Assembly (NCBI GenBank): GCA_965263035.1
Contig: OZ253580.1
Location: 2,944,001-3,008,000, forward strand
Direction: 5' to 3'
Origin: Acidobacteriota bacterium
GTDB taxonomy: Bacteria; Acidobacteriota; UBA6911; RPQK01; JAJDTT01
DNA: 64,000 nucleotides
Part shown: piece after piece, positions 54,423 to 64,000 of the stretch
Position numbering within the stretch: position 1 is the first letter of the stretch
Layout: the number at the start of each line of letters is the position of its first letter
Translations under genes and position numbers: made by a program
Notes under the pieces: generated by a model
Seen by the model: the letters and a program-made list of their open reading frames with translations, nothing else
Database searches by the model: none
Told to the model about the DNA's origin: nothing

Positions 54423-57400
54423 TCAGTACCAGCGATCGACGCGGCGGGTATTCCACTCCTGCAGGTAGCGTTGGTGGGCCGGGGTGTCCGGAAAACGCTC
54501 GTTCGGCCCGTACGGGAAGCGGCTCATGCCGTGAAACGGCAGCGGGCCGACCGTGTCGGGGGAGGCCGAATGGAGATCCATATCCTTGCCGAATCCATCC
54601 ACATAGACCAGATAATCCCTCACCCATCCTTCGGGGGGAGCGGGAATTCGGTGCAGATCGAAGAAGGCCTCGATCTCATCACCGGCCCGGGTGGCCACGA
54701 ACATGTCGTCCCGTTTCAGCAGCAGAGGACTTACCTCACCGAACCGGGTGTAGTTGCCGATGTGCGCCTTCCAGGGAGCCGTGGGAAGGATCCGGCTACG
54801 GTCATAGGCCAGGAGCGGTTTCCCGATCCCGGCCGGAAAACCCAGGTTGTGAAGATCGGCTCGTTGGGGACTGAGCCGAAAGGTCTTGTAGTCGCGGCGG
54901 GAAGGACTCGCATCCACCCGAATCCGGTCCCAGTGAATCCGCATGTTGGTTCGAATCCGGACCTTTCGGCTGTCGCTCAGGAACTTGCCCGAGAGATCGA
55001 CGGTCATGGGCTTGGGAAGGCCCGCCGGAAAGCCCATGCGCTCGATGACGGTCACCCAAACGCCGCTCGCATCCTGAACCTGGAGGACCGGGGGACTCAG
55101 GCTCAGACCGGCCTGAGAGGCCGCCAGGTTGCTGGTGCTGTCCGCATAGTCGATCCAGGCGTCGAGCAGGAGGCGCGTGTTCTTTCCCGGGACCGGGCCG
55201 AGATCCAGGATCAGCTCATGAGGTTCGGCATAGCCCTTGAAGGGCAAGTTTCGGAACAAGTCCGGGTATTTGCCGTCGAGTCTGCTGAGGGCAGGCAGAA
55301 GCTCTTGGCCCTTGCCGTCCGTGGCCGAAAGCGGCGGCCGTGGATCGGAGAAGGTCAAGAGTCGAAAGTCGGCATAGGGAGGTCCCGGAAGCAGCTTCTC
55401 GTCCGGGTAGATCTCATAGTCTTCCGGATGGTCCACGACCACCAGCTCGAGTTTGTCGAACAGGATCAACTCCTCCAGCTGGTTGTTCAACGTGATCGCC
55501 AACCGTCCATCTTTCAGAGCCACTTGGCCCCGGTTCAGCTTCACGTATTCGTCGGTGTCGGGATAGTTGAAGGTCCCCGGCGAAAGCAGGTAACCGTAGG
55601 CGCTCCCTCCCAGAAAATCGGTCTGAAAGACGTAGCGCTCTCCGTTCCAGACGTAGAGGATGGGGCAGCTGGTCCCCTTTCGGTCCAACTCCTGGATCTC
55701 CAGCGTCTGATTCACCTCCTGATTGAGTTCCGACTGCAGGACCCCGCCGGGCCACAACAGCCGGACGATATCGATCTCTGTTCGGCGGCCCAATCCGAAA
55801 TGCAGGGTGGCCGCATTCTGGCTCAGGAAGCCGTAGCCTCCGCGCACCTCCTCTTTCTGCAGGAGGCGGCCGCTACGAATCTCGACCTTGGTTCCGATGG
55901 CGCTACGGTTGCTGTTGGTCCCGCGGGCGGTCACGGAGACCCAATTGTTCCGGTTGCCTCCCTGGTTCCTCAGCAACAGGGGGCGGCCTCCATTGACGTT
56001 GGCGACCAGGTCCAGGTCTCCGTCCCGGTCGTAGTCCGCGGCACTCACGCCGCGCACCGGGAGGCCGCGGAATTCATCGAGGCGCGCCTGCCGGCTCACG
56101 TCCCGGAAACGGCCCCGGTGATTGGCCAGGAGGTGAAAATTGCGCCGCGGCTCCTCCCACTTCGAGGTGAACAGGGGAGCCGAGACGAGCAGGAGGTCCC
56201 GGTCTCCGTCGTTGTCGAAGTCCAGAAGGTGGGCCGTATGCACCTGACCCGGCGTTTCCCAGTCCTCGGGCATCCAGTCTTGGCGGAGAGCGTACCGGCG
56301 GTTCCCGGCCTTCTGGGTCCGGAGACTGAAGTCGGATCCGGTCAGTGTGGGAAGTGCCAGGTCCAGGAAGCCCCGATGCGCCAAATCTCCGATTCCGACG
56401 CCGACGCCTTCACCGTCGCCGGCGACACCGGCTGCTTCGGCCATGTCCACGAAGGTTCCGTCCCGCTGATTGCTGAAGAGCTGGTTCGGGGCACCCCGAT
56501 TGACGAAATAGAAGTCGATGTCCCTTCGGTTGTCGAAGTCCGTGCAGACGGAAGACCAGGTCTGCCGGTGCTCCCCGGCCAGCCCGGAGGAGTCGCTGAC
56601 GTCGCTGAAGGTCCCGTCGGAGTTGTTGCGGAAAAGGGAGTTGTTCGCTCCCGGTAAATCCTGGGGGAACCGGGTGCCGGCTGCGAGACTGTCGGGCCGC
56701 CCCGTGAGGTTGGTCACCAGGAGGTCCAGGTCCCCGTCGTGGTCGTAGTCGACGAACGCTCCTCCGGTCCCCCAGGCCGGGTCCCCGACCCCCGCCTGCT
56801 CCGTCACTTCCACAAAGCGCCCGTTCCCTTCATTCCTGTAGAGGACGTTGGGTCCGTAGTTGATGAGGTAGAGGTCCGGATCCCGGTCGTTGTCGTAGTC
56901 TCCCCAGATGCCGTGCATGGTCCGGTCCTTCCGGTGGAGCCCCGACTCCTGGGTCGTCTCCTGAAAAGTTCCGTCTCCCCGGTTTCGGAAGAGGGAACTC
57001 CGGCTTCCCCCAGGCCCGGCGTTGGCCAGGAACAGGTCCGCGTGACCATCTCCATCGAAATCGCCAAAGGAACTTCCCGATCCGACCCAAGGGACCAGCT
57101 GGTCCTCCAACTCCCGGACCGAGGACACCTCCGGATCGACCGTCCCCGGGCCCGCATGCCGAAAGCCCAGGCCTGCGGCAGCACCGTGCTCTTGGAATCG
57201 AACCGCGAACTCTTCCCGGTCCTCGACGCGGGGCTGGGGCAGGTAGTCGTCAAGATCCTCCAGCACCAGGGCGTAGCGTCCCTGCTCCAGATATTGGAGT
57301 CCCAGAGTCGTGGCGCCGAACATCCCCTGGAGGGTTCGAAACCGCTCCATCTCCTTTCGGCCTTCTTCCCCCTGGCTGCTTCGGGTCAGAGCGATGGCCA

Positions 57401-57923
57401 GATTGTAGTGGGCCGAAGCGTTGTACGGCTCCAAGGAGAGCACCTTGCGAAAGTGGCCGATGGCCTGTTCGTAACGTCGTCCGCGCGAGCTCAGCAGTCC
57501 CAGGTAATACTGCGTCGAAGGGTCCTGAGGGTCCTGGCGGGTGACCTGACCGAAAGCCTTCGCCGCCTTGGCGGCCTGATCCTGGTTCCGATAGATGAGA
57601 CCCATCATGTAGTGGGACTGGATCTGCTCCGGATCCAATTCCAAGGCCTGCTGGAAGGATCGGGCGGCCTCCTCGTGGAGTTGTTGATTGAACAACGCGA
57701 CCCCCAGGTTCACATGGCCCGGCACGAAGTTCGCGTCCAGTTCCAGAAGACGAGAAAATTCCTGGGCGGCGGCCTTGTAGTCGAGCTGTTCCATGTAGGC
57801 GACGCCCCGGCTGTTGAGCCGCAGGAGTTCAGTCACCTCAGCCGAATCGCTCCGGGGGGGAAATCCGAACATGGTCCAGAGGGCGGCAGCGACGAGGAAG
57901 GGAATCAGAAGCAGGCGAACCAT
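54423..57923 (-). CDS. Secreted TPR + FG-GAP + ASPIC/UnbV (CRTAC1-like) protein
   Basis: N-terminal TPRs, repeated D(Y/F)DxDGDLDL, LHFGLG (UnbV) and SCP motif. Confidence 0.88.
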   Translation of the reverse strand: MVRLLLIPFLVAAALWTMFGFPPRSDSAEVTELLRLNSRGVAYMEQLDYKAAAQEFSRLLELDANFVPGHVNLGVALFNQQLHEEAARSFQQALELDPEQIQSHYMMGLIYRNQDQAAKAAKAFGQVTRQDPQDPSTQYYLGLLSSRGRRYEQAIGHFRKVLSLEPYNASAHYNLAIALTRSSQGEEGRKEMERFRTLQGMFGATTLGLQYLEQGRYALVLEDLDDYLPQPRVEDREEFAVRFQEHGAAAGLGFRHAGPGTVDPEVSSVRELEDQLVPWVGSGSSFGDFDGDGHADLFLANAGPGGSRSSLFRNRGDGTFQETTQESGLHRKDRTMHGIWGDYDNDRDPDLYLINYGPNVLYRNEGNGRFVEVTEQAGVGDPAWGTGGAFVDYDHDGDLDLLVTNLTGRPDSLAAGTRFPQDLPGANNSLFRNNSDGTFSDVSDSSGLAGEHRQTWSSVCTDFDNRRDIDFYFVNRGAPNQLFSNQRDGTFVDMAEAAGVAGDGEGVGVGIGDLAHRGFLDLALPTLTGSDFSLRTQKAGNRRYALRQDWMPEDWETPGQVHTAHLLDFDNDGDRDLLLVSAPLFTSKWEEPRRNFHLLANHRGRFRDVSRQARLDEFRGLPVRGVSAADYDRDGDLDLVANVNGGRPLLLRNQGGNRNNWVSVTARGTNSNRSAIGTKVEIRSGRLLQKEEVRGGYGFLSQNAATLHFGLGRRTEIDIVRLLWPGGVLQSELNQEVNQTLEIQELDRKGTSCPILYVWNGERYVFQTDFLGGSAYGYLLSPGTFNYPDTDEYVKLNRGQVALKDGRLAITLNNQLEELILFDKLELVVVDHPEDYEIYPDEKLLPGPPYADFRLLTFSDPRPPLSATDGKGQELLPALSRLDGKYPDLFRNLPFKGYAEPHELILDLGPVPGKNTRLLLDAWIDYADSTSNLAASQAGLSLSPPVLQVQDASGVWVTVIERMGFPAGLPKPMTVDLSGKFLSDSRKVRIRTNMRIHWDRIRVDASPSRRDYKTFRLSPQRADLHNLGFPAGIGKPLLAYDRSRILPTAPWKAHIGNYTRFGEVSPLLLKRDDMFVATRAGDEIEAFFDLHRIPAPPEGWVRDYLVYVDGFGKDMDLHSASPDTVGPLPFHGMSRFPYGPNERFPDTPAHQRYLQEWNTRRVDRWY

Positions 57924-57926
57924 GGC

Positions 57927-58577
57927 TCAAGACCCACCGTGGAAAGCAAAGAGATACTCCTTGAAACCGTTTCGAAGCCTGAAGGAGCTGAAGAGCCGGT
58001 AGCGGGGCATCATCCGGTTCAGGTCCGCCCGGTGGTATCGAGGCGAAGGGCGCAGCAGCGAGGAGAGGTACTCGTAGCGGAGCCGCTCCGAATTGATGAC
58101 CTGGAATCGGATCGGTTTCTCCGGAATGTACCGGTTCGTGGAAATCATGGAGAACAACAGCGTCCCCGGATGGCAAAACCGGTCCAGGTGTCTGATCAGA
58201 CTGGTGAGCTCAAGTTCTTCCAGATAGTTGAACAGGTCCCAACCCAGGATGAGATCGAACCGCGTTTCCTCAGCGTAGGGGAGAAGGTAGCGGTAGACGG
58301 CGTCATAGGAACGGGGCTCGCGGGGATCGAAGAAGTCGAAGGAGGACAAGGTCTCGTAGAGGTTTTCGATTTCGATGTGCAGGGAGCGAACGCTTTGGGA
58401 CAGGAAGTGGAGATTGGAGGGGTAAGCCGACCCCAGGTCCAGAACGCTCAGTTTCCGGCGGCCCCGCATCTGATTGTAGGCGATGTTGAAGCCGACGGAG
58501 GAGTGGACTTCGGCTTCCGGCAGAGTCGGTTCCGGAGCGGGTCCGGGCTCAGGATTGCGGAGAAGTGACCACCGCAT
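57927..58577 (-). CDS. Class I SAM-methyltransferase-fold protein
   Basis: SVLDLGSA and FDLILGWDLFNYL motifs; coupled to the bactofilin stop. Confidence 0.65.
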   Translation of the reverse strand: MRWSLLRNPEPGPAPEPTLPEAEVHSSVGFNIAYNQMRGRRKLSVLDLGSAYPSNLHFLSQSVRSLHIEIENLYETLSSFDFFDPREPRSYDAVYRYLLPYAEETRFDLILGWDLFNYLEELELTSLIRHLDRFCHPGTLLFSMISTNRYIPEKPIRFQVINSERLRYEYLSSLLRPSPRYHRADLNRMMPRYRLFSSFRLRNGFKEYLFAFHGGS

Positions 58578-59140
58578 CACGCCTTTGGAAAGGGCGACGT
58601 GGTCCGGGCGGGGATGACGGGCTCGGAAACGACTCTCCGTGAAGCCGGCGCATCATCCACGATCAAGCCTGCGCTGAGGGATTCTCCACCATCTCCTGAC
58701 GACTCCTGGTGGTCGTCATTGTCGCCCATGTCAATGCTGCCCTTGAACCTGCAACCCTCTTCGAGAACGACCTGGGGAGCGTTGAGATTTCCCCGGACGC
58801 TTCCGGTTCCACGCAGGACGATCTTCTCTTCACCCTGTATGGTCCCTTCAACGTAGCCCTCGATGCTGATCAACCTGGCGAACATGTCGGCCTTGATCCG
58901 TCCTTCCCGGCCCACGGTGAGACATTGGTTGGCAAGCGACAACTTTCCTTCAACCCGGCCGTTGACCAGCAGATCCTGGGCTCCACTTACCTCCCCGTGG
59001 ATGATGATGGCCGTCCCGATGACGGCCCTTTCCTTCAGCCGTTCGACGGGATCCCGTTGGATTGGGTTTCGTGGGACAGACCCTGGTTGGATCGGGTCCA
59101 TGGCAGAAATAGAAGGTTCAGGCGAATCTTTTTTCCACAT
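58577..59140 (-). CDS. Bactofilin (polymer-forming cytoskeletal protein)
   Basis: IG....IHGEV...DL.V.GRVEG...GSV.GNL.APQVVLEEGCRFKGSIDM beta-helix pattern. Confidence 0.9.
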   Translation of the reverse strand: MWKKDSPEPSISAMDPIQPGSVPRNPIQRDPVERLKERAVIGTAIIIHGEVSGAQDLLVNGRVEGKLSLANQCLTVGREGRIKADMFARLISIEGYVEGTIQGEEKIVLRGTGSVRGNLNAPQVVLEEGCRFKGSIDMGDNDDHQESSGDGGESLSAGLIVDDAPASRRVVSEPVIPARTTSPFPKA

Positions 59141-59238
59141 GTTGTGCTCCAAAGCTGAATAGCTATCTCTTTTATAGGCTAATTCCTCGCAAGTCAACCG
59201 GGCCGAGCTCATGGTTCCATCGATCAGAGGGCGCTACA

Positions 59239-59715
59239 ATGCCGAAGCATAAGTCCATGAATTCGGGTGAAGGGAGAGTTCGGGATCTGACGAGGGAATT
59301 CTTCGCTTACTATCCGGATTATCGGCTCTGCCACACCTTGGCCGTCAACGTCGAGAATGGAGTGACCAGCTACCTGGACGCGCTGTCCGCCATGTCTAGA
59401 AAGGCGCGTGCCGCCGAGTTGAATCGAGAGGCCATCGAAGAGAAGCTGAACCTCCGCAGTGTCAGCGTCCAGGGTCGGACCGTGCGAATCAGCGAACTCT
59501 CCCTGGGGGAGATCCTGCGACTGGATCTCGACACTTGTCGGACCGTGCTGGACTTCTACTTCAAGCACCCCTATGCCCACGGTCGGACCGGAAAGTCGCG
59601 TTGGTGGCCGAGGTGGTCTCGCACTCTCTTTCTTTCGGCCATCCTGGGACACGCCAAGAGAAAAGGAATCGACCTGGACTACGGAAGCTGCTTCGAGATT
59701 TTGAAGCTGTTGTGA
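59239..59715 (+). CDS. hypothetical protein
   Basis: 158-aa ORF with host-like codon usage; start may be the ATG at 59257. Confidence 0.55.
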   Translation: MPKHKSMNSGEGRVRDLTREFFAYYPDYRLCHTLAVNVENGVTSYLDALSAMSRKARAAELNREAIEEKLNLRSVSVQGRTVRISELSLGEILRLDLDTCRTVLDFYFKHPYAHGRTGKSRWWPRWSRTLFLSAILGHAKRKGIDLDYGSCFEILKLL

Positions 59716-59729
59716 TGGATGGGAGTAAA

Positions 59730-59888
59730 CAGCCCGTGGCAAAAGTCGTCAGGGCATTCGACCGGGTCTGCATCCCGGCGGACTGCGTTGCTCCTCGGTC
59801 ACATACTCCCGGTATGCTCCCTCAGAGCGCCTGGTCCGGTCGGGCGCAGCTCGGTCTCGGTGCTGCGTGGGACTTTCACCACGGACTG
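59730..59888. mobile_element. MITE family A, copy 2 (159 bp)
   Basis: TIRs CAGCCCGTGGCAAAAGTC / GACTTTCACCACGGACTG; TAAA on both flanks. Confidence 0.85.
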
Positions 59889-59897
59889 TAAAGACAG

Positions 59898-60206
59898 GTG
59901 AAGAAGAGTCGGGCCGCCATTCTGCTGCTGCCGTTCATCTTTCTGGGGGCACTCTTCGTCCTCAGATCCTACCGGGTGGATCTGGTCCACACGGTTGTTT
60001 TGGAGGGCCTGCTGGAACGAGCGCCAGAAGAATACCCACGCCAACCGATCATCGATGCCTTTGAGAATGCACGCCGCCAAGCCCGGGAAACGGATCGGAC
60101 CGAAGTCTACCTGGAACAGCTCTTTAGAATTTCGCGGCGCCTGGAGAAGGTCCAACACGTAGACGGCGAGCAGGTTGCCGAAATGCTGCAAATTCTGGGG
60201 CAATGA
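59898..60206 (+). CDS. hypothetical membrane-anchored protein
   Basis: N-terminal TM followed by a helical domain. Confidence 0.6.
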   Translation: MKKSRAAILLLPFIFLGALFVLRSYRVDLVHTVVLEGLLERAPEEYPRQPIIDAFENARRQARETDRTEVYLEQLFRISRRLEKVQHVDGEQVAEMLQILGQ

Positions 60207-60425
60207 GCGGATTATCCACTGGCTTGGGTGCGGCGAAGTCCGGGAGATCCCCCTCGGCTCAGACTGGCCCCGGCGTACTCGACAAGATCGTTGTCCTTTC
60301 CCTTCGCCGCTACACGAACACCTCATCTTCAATCTTTTCTCTCTCCTGATTTCTCTTTCCTCGGCAGGGGTGACACCAGCGGCCCGCACCCCTGCTCACT
60401 CCCCCGCTTCTGCTAGTCTATAGGC

Positions 60426-61229
60426 GTGTTATGTCCACGTTGCCGAACCCGGAGCCGTGGGAACATATGCCCCAACTGCGGTTGGGCGGCTGAAGCGCGA
60501 CAGCGGACCATTACGTTTCAATCCGGATCCGCCCATTCATCCCGAGGCAGGATCGCCCATGACGTGCCCGCCGGCCACAGGGCCGGGGGTGGATCCGTCC
60601 CGGATAACCCCCTGGGTTTTCAGCGTGCGGGAGCCGGCCAGGCCGACGACAGGCGGGTCATTCGCGTCGCGGGGAGGTCGCGAACCGGAATCCCGTCCGG
60701 GACCCACCGTCAGCAGAAGCTGAAGCTGGAGACTCTGCCTCCCGCACCCGCGGTCGTAGAGGCGCCCGAGCCCACGGCCACAGTGACCAGCCTGCCGAGG
60801 GAGATCCTCCTGTCACGGATCCTGGCCGCAATTCTGGACCTCTCGTTGGCGGGCTTGATCGGGTTTTCCTTCTGTTTCCTGGCTTCTTGGGCACTGGGCC
60901 TGGATTTCTTCTCGCTCGAATCGTTTCGGCTCGGAGTCGTCTGCACCGCCGGCATCTACCTCTTCACTTCCTTCTTCTTTCTCCTTGGAGCCGGACAAAC
61001 ACCTGGAATGTATTTCACGCGTCTGAGACTGGTGAGCGAGAAAAGGCAGAAATCCATATCCATGTGGGCCGTTGCGCTGTGGATTTTTCTCTACCCGCCG
61101 GTCACCTTGACTCTGGTGGGACTTCTGTGGAGCCTTATCGATCCCTGGAGGCGGTGCATACACGATCGTCTGAGCGGTACCCGGGTGGTTTTATTGGTCG
61201 AGCCGGTCAGCGCTCCGCTTCCCGAATGA
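60426..61229 (+). CDS. RDD family protein with N-terminal zinc ribbon
   Basis: CPRC..CPNC; RILAAILD, GQTPG and HDRLSGTRVV motifs. Confidence 0.85.
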   Translation: MLCPRCRTRSRGNICPNCGWAAEARQRTITFQSGSAHSSRGRIAHDVPAGHRAGGGSVPDNPLGFQRAGAGQADDRRVIRVAGRSRTGIPSGTHRQQKLKLETLPPAPAVVEAPEPTATVTSLPREILLSRILAAILDLSLAGLIGFSFCFLASWALGLDFFSLESFRLGVVCTAGIYLFTSFFFLLGAGQTPGMYFTRLRLVSEKRQKSISMWAVALWIFLYPPVTLTLVGLLWSLIDPWRRCIHDRLSGTRVVLLVEPVSAPLPE

Positions 61230-61665
61230 ATTGATTCACCAGCGTCCGCAGGCGGGGACGGCAGCGATACTCCACATCCGGGTCGGAAAGAAAGACCTCG
61301 ATGATGACGACCATGGCCGGAATCGGATCCTCCGATTCCGTTTCCGAAAACGGTTTCGCGGTCAGAAAATCCAAGGCCTGACAGAAGTCGCTCTGTTGCA
61401 GAAACCTCTGCAGAGGGAACTGTTTCAGAACCAGAACCAGGATTCTGCAGAATGCCGGGAACCGTTTCTCGTAAAGCAGGAGGGGGACCAGGTGATGGCT
61501 GTCCTCCAGCGGTTCGCCGGTACGGGCGGAATCGAGCAGGCGTTGGAGTTCACCGGATGAAGCGGCCGAACGGCGCCGGCCAATGAACAGGAAGATTCCC
61601 AGGGCGAGCAGGGTCAGGGCGAAGATGAGAAGCAGGACGGGGTAGCTGAGAAGCGCCTGTTGCAC
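61207..61665 (-). CDS. hypothetical membrane-anchored protein
   Basis: N-terminal TM followed by GRRR and a helical domain. Confidence 0.6.
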   Translation of the reverse strand: MQQALLSYPVLLLIFALTLLALGIFLFIGRRRSAASSGELQRLLDSARTGEPLEDSHHLVPLLLYEKRFPAFCRILVLVLKQFPLQRFLQQSDFCQALDFLTAKPFSETESEDPIPAMVVIIEVFLSDPDVEYRCRPRLRTLVNQFIREAER

Positions 61666-61713
61666 GTGTCATCCGCGAAGCCGGCATCACCCGTTGGTTT
61701 GGGTCTGACACTT

Positions 61714-63654
61714 TTATTCTACCGGATTGCGGATGAGATGGATCCCCTCGGAGAGGGTGCCGGCAAGAAGCTCTCCCGAATTGGACAGATGCAAGGTCGT
61801 GATACGTGGTCCGGCGCTGCCTCGATCGAAAGTGTGCCAGCTGTCGCCCCCGTCAGGACTGGCATACAGGTGTCCCAGCAGGGAGTCGCTGGCGAAGACT
61901 CCGATATTCGACCCGCGGACGCCGGCGGAAAGGGCGGAGATGTCCAAAGGCTGAATTCCACCAGCCCGTATCCATTCGTCCCCGTTTTCGTTGCTGACGA
62001 AGACGCCTTTGCCGGTTCCACAATAAAGGCGCGGTCCGGACCTGCGGACGATGTTTACCCGGGTTGCCGGGAGCCCGAAGGGTGGAACCAGCCAGATCTC
62101 ACCGCCGTCGCGCGATCGAAAGAGGCCGGAGTCGGTCCCGGCAAACAGGATCGCAGTCGGGAAGTCATACAGTAGGGTCTGCACTCCGCCGACATCGCCT
62201 GAGATCTCCTTCTTTTCCAAGGTTCCGGTTTCCAGGTCCAAATGGAAGACCCCCTGTGGCGTGGCCAGGAAGAGACCCGTCTCCTCCCGGTTCGAAAAGG
62301 ACAAATCGAGAACGGGCAACCTGGAGAACTCCTCGACCGGCTGCCACGGAGTTTCGTCGGGAACCCCCACGAACAGGCCTGTTCCCGTCCCCAGAAATAC
62401 TTGGGAGGAGAGGCGTGAGGGGCGGATCGCCCGGATCGAGTCCGCACTCCCGTCCAGACCGTCGTTGAACGAACTCCACTTCCAACTTCTCCCCTTCAGG
62501 GTGAAGAATCCGCCGTAACCTCGGTCCAGGACGACGCTGGCGTAATACACGTCGGACCGGCGCGGATCGGACTCCAGAGCGCCGATCTGGCGATGGGCGA
62601 ATCCTCGGTTGGATGGGGAGAAGGTGGCGCCCCCATCGTCTGAACGGAGGATGCCCGCGTCATCGGAACCCACTAGAATCACCGAAGGCCGGTTGGGATG
62701 CACGACCACGGCGTTCACGACGACCCCGGAGATCAACTGCTTCCAGGAGCTGCCGGCGTCTCTGGTGACGAACAGGCCCTTGGTCGTTCCGGCGAAAAGG
62801 GTTGCCGGGTCGGAGGGATCCATTTGGAGCGCCCGGGTTCTCCTCGCCACCTTGGGCAGTCCGTTCTTCAACTTGGACCACTTCTCACCGCCATTGTCCG
62901 ACTTGTAGATTCCGGAGCAGGCACCGGCGTAAATCGTGTCGGGCTTGCCGGGTTCCACGACCATGGCAAACAGGTCGCTGTCATCGGCCATCCCCTTGTG
63001 GATCGGGATCCACTTACGGCCCAGGTTGGCAGTCTTCCACGCCAAGTGGAAAGTCCCCACGTAGAGAGTCGGCGGGTCCCGGTCGTCGAAGGCGAGGGAG
63101 TCGACGTTGTAGAGACTCCTGTATCCGCGCGTGATCCGGTCCCACGTCTTGCCCCGGTCGCGGCTCAGCAGGACACCCTCCGAGATCCCGATGGCGATGA
63201 TGGAAGGGTCCGACGGCGCGATGGCCATGGCCCGGATGGTGCTGTCGTAACGACCTACGGCTATGAGCTCCCACGCCGAGCCCCCGCTCCGGGAACGGAA
63301 CAATTGTCCCCGGTCGGCTTTCAGTTCCCAAGTGGCGGCATAGAGGGTGGCCGGATCCGAGGGGTCGAAGGCCAGGTTGTCCACCACGAGGTCCCTGCGT
63401 CCCAATCCGGGATTGATTCGGGACCAGTTCAGCCCTGTGTCCCGAGAGACGTAGATCTGACCGTCGCTGGTGCCCAGATAGAGGGTGTCCGGTTTTTCGG
63501 GATGGACGGCCAGAGAACGCACGTCTCCCCCAAAGGGGCCCAGAACCCTGGAATCCACGTTGCCTGCGAGGGGAAAATCGACCAACAACAGGGTGACGCA
63601 GCAGAGTAGAGCCTTCCGGCAGTACTCCCGCCAAATCGTCTTGGGCTCTTTCAT
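61714..63654 (-). CDS. Secreted BNR/Asp-box repeat beta-propeller protein (VPS10/YCF48-like)
   Basis: Signal peptide; GPFGGDVRSL; many S.D.G.xW repeats. Confidence 0.85.
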   Translation of the reverse strand: MKEPKTIWREYCRKALLCCVTLLLVDFPLAGNVDSRVLGPFGGDVRSLAVHPEKPDTLYLGTSDGQIYVSRDTGLNWSRINPGLGRRDLVVDNLAFDPSDPATLYAATWELKADRGQLFRSRSGGSAWELIAVGRYDSTIRAMAIAPSDPSIIAIGISEGVLLSRDRGKTWDRITRGYRSLYNVDSLAFDDRDPPTLYVGTFHLAWKTANLGRKWIPIHKGMADDSDLFAMVVEPGKPDTIYAGACSGIYKSDNGGEKWSKLKNGLPKVARRTRALQMDPSDPATLFAGTTKGLFVTRDAGSSWKQLISGVVVNAVVVHPNRPSVILVGSDDAGILRSDDGGATFSPSNRGFAHRQIGALESDPRRSDVYYASVVLDRGYGGFFTLKGRSWKWSSFNDGLDGSADSIRAIRPSRLSSQVFLGTGTGLFVGVPDETPWQPVEEFSRLPVLDLSFSNREETGLFLATPQGVFHLDLETGTLEKKEISGDVGGVQTLLYDFPTAILFAGTDSGLFRSRDGGEIWLVPPFGLPATRVNIVRRSGPRLYCGTGKGVFVSNENGDEWIRAGGIQPLDISALSAGVRGSNIGVFASDSLLGHLYASPDGGDSWHTFDRGSAGPRITTLHLSNSGELLAGTLSEGIHLIRNPVE

Positions 63655-63682
63655 GGTGTGTTTTTTACTCCGTTCGGGCTAG

Positions 63683-63841
63683 GAGCCTGCGCCGCAGAAA
63701 TTGAGCTACTGCGAAAGCGGTAGAATCGGTCCATATTTCCCCGATTTCTCGGTGAATAGAACAACTATGCACCTCCAAATCGAGAAAATCCGGCCTCGAT
63801 TCCCCACTTTCTCGCTACGATCATTTCTACCGCGCAGACTC
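63683..63841. mobile_element. MITE family B, copy 2 (159 bp, inverted)
   Basis: CTAG on both flanks; near-identical to the reverse complement of 24180-24338. Confidence 0.88.
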
Positions 63842-64000
63842 CTAGCGAATGACGTCTCAGTTCTCGCTTCCACCGCGCACTCATCGAGCGAGTCGTGATG
63901 GACAAAAAGCATTGCCCGGATATCCTCACCGCTCAATTTCCACGCCTCAGCTCTCTCTCCACCCGGATTTCCACCGTACATCTGGAGGTGCTCTCCGAAT

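Noticed and set aside
63706-64000. ORF running from the window end into MITE B
   Set aside because: About half of it is MITE sequence; the true frame of any gene ending here cannot be determined

Overview
High-GC bacterial window, most likely from an Acidobacteriota genome (inferred from the ADOP-type permease and the FG-GAP/UnbV, BNR and bactofilin gene content; the ankyrin remnant hints at a host-associated lifestyle). From left to right: a partial TlpA redoxin; lutABC coupled to queD and a divergent queC; a convergent acyl-ligase/ACP/acyltransferase, radical SAM and metallophosphoesterase unit; and a 14-kb respiratory cluster. That cluster encodes an A1-type cytochrome c oxidase, a split b6-type Rieske/cytochrome b complex, an ~1045-aa cytochrome with 8 CxxCH motifs, a cupredoxin-like lipoprotein, heme A/O synthases and an ABC ATPase. 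The probable remainder of the cluster (ABC permease, DUF420, HEAT protein) lies ~16 kb downstream, beyond an accessory island. The island holds parDE, a sigma54 two-component system with an HlyD/ABC/ADOP exporter, three copies of a GTGTCCG-N4-CGGACAC enhancer module, decayed ankyrin, Trypco2-like and Cys-rich secreted genes, and an IS3. The right part has efp, an addB/addA-like pair with an apparently dead AddB nuclease, ETF:quinone oxidoreductase, cstA, a TPR/FG-GAP protein, bactofilin, and RDD and BNR proteins. Three MITE families with 4-bp target duplications are scattered through the window, often on stop codons. No rRNA, tRNA or CRISPR array was recognised. All family assignments come from motif recognition by eye; no database searches were run.
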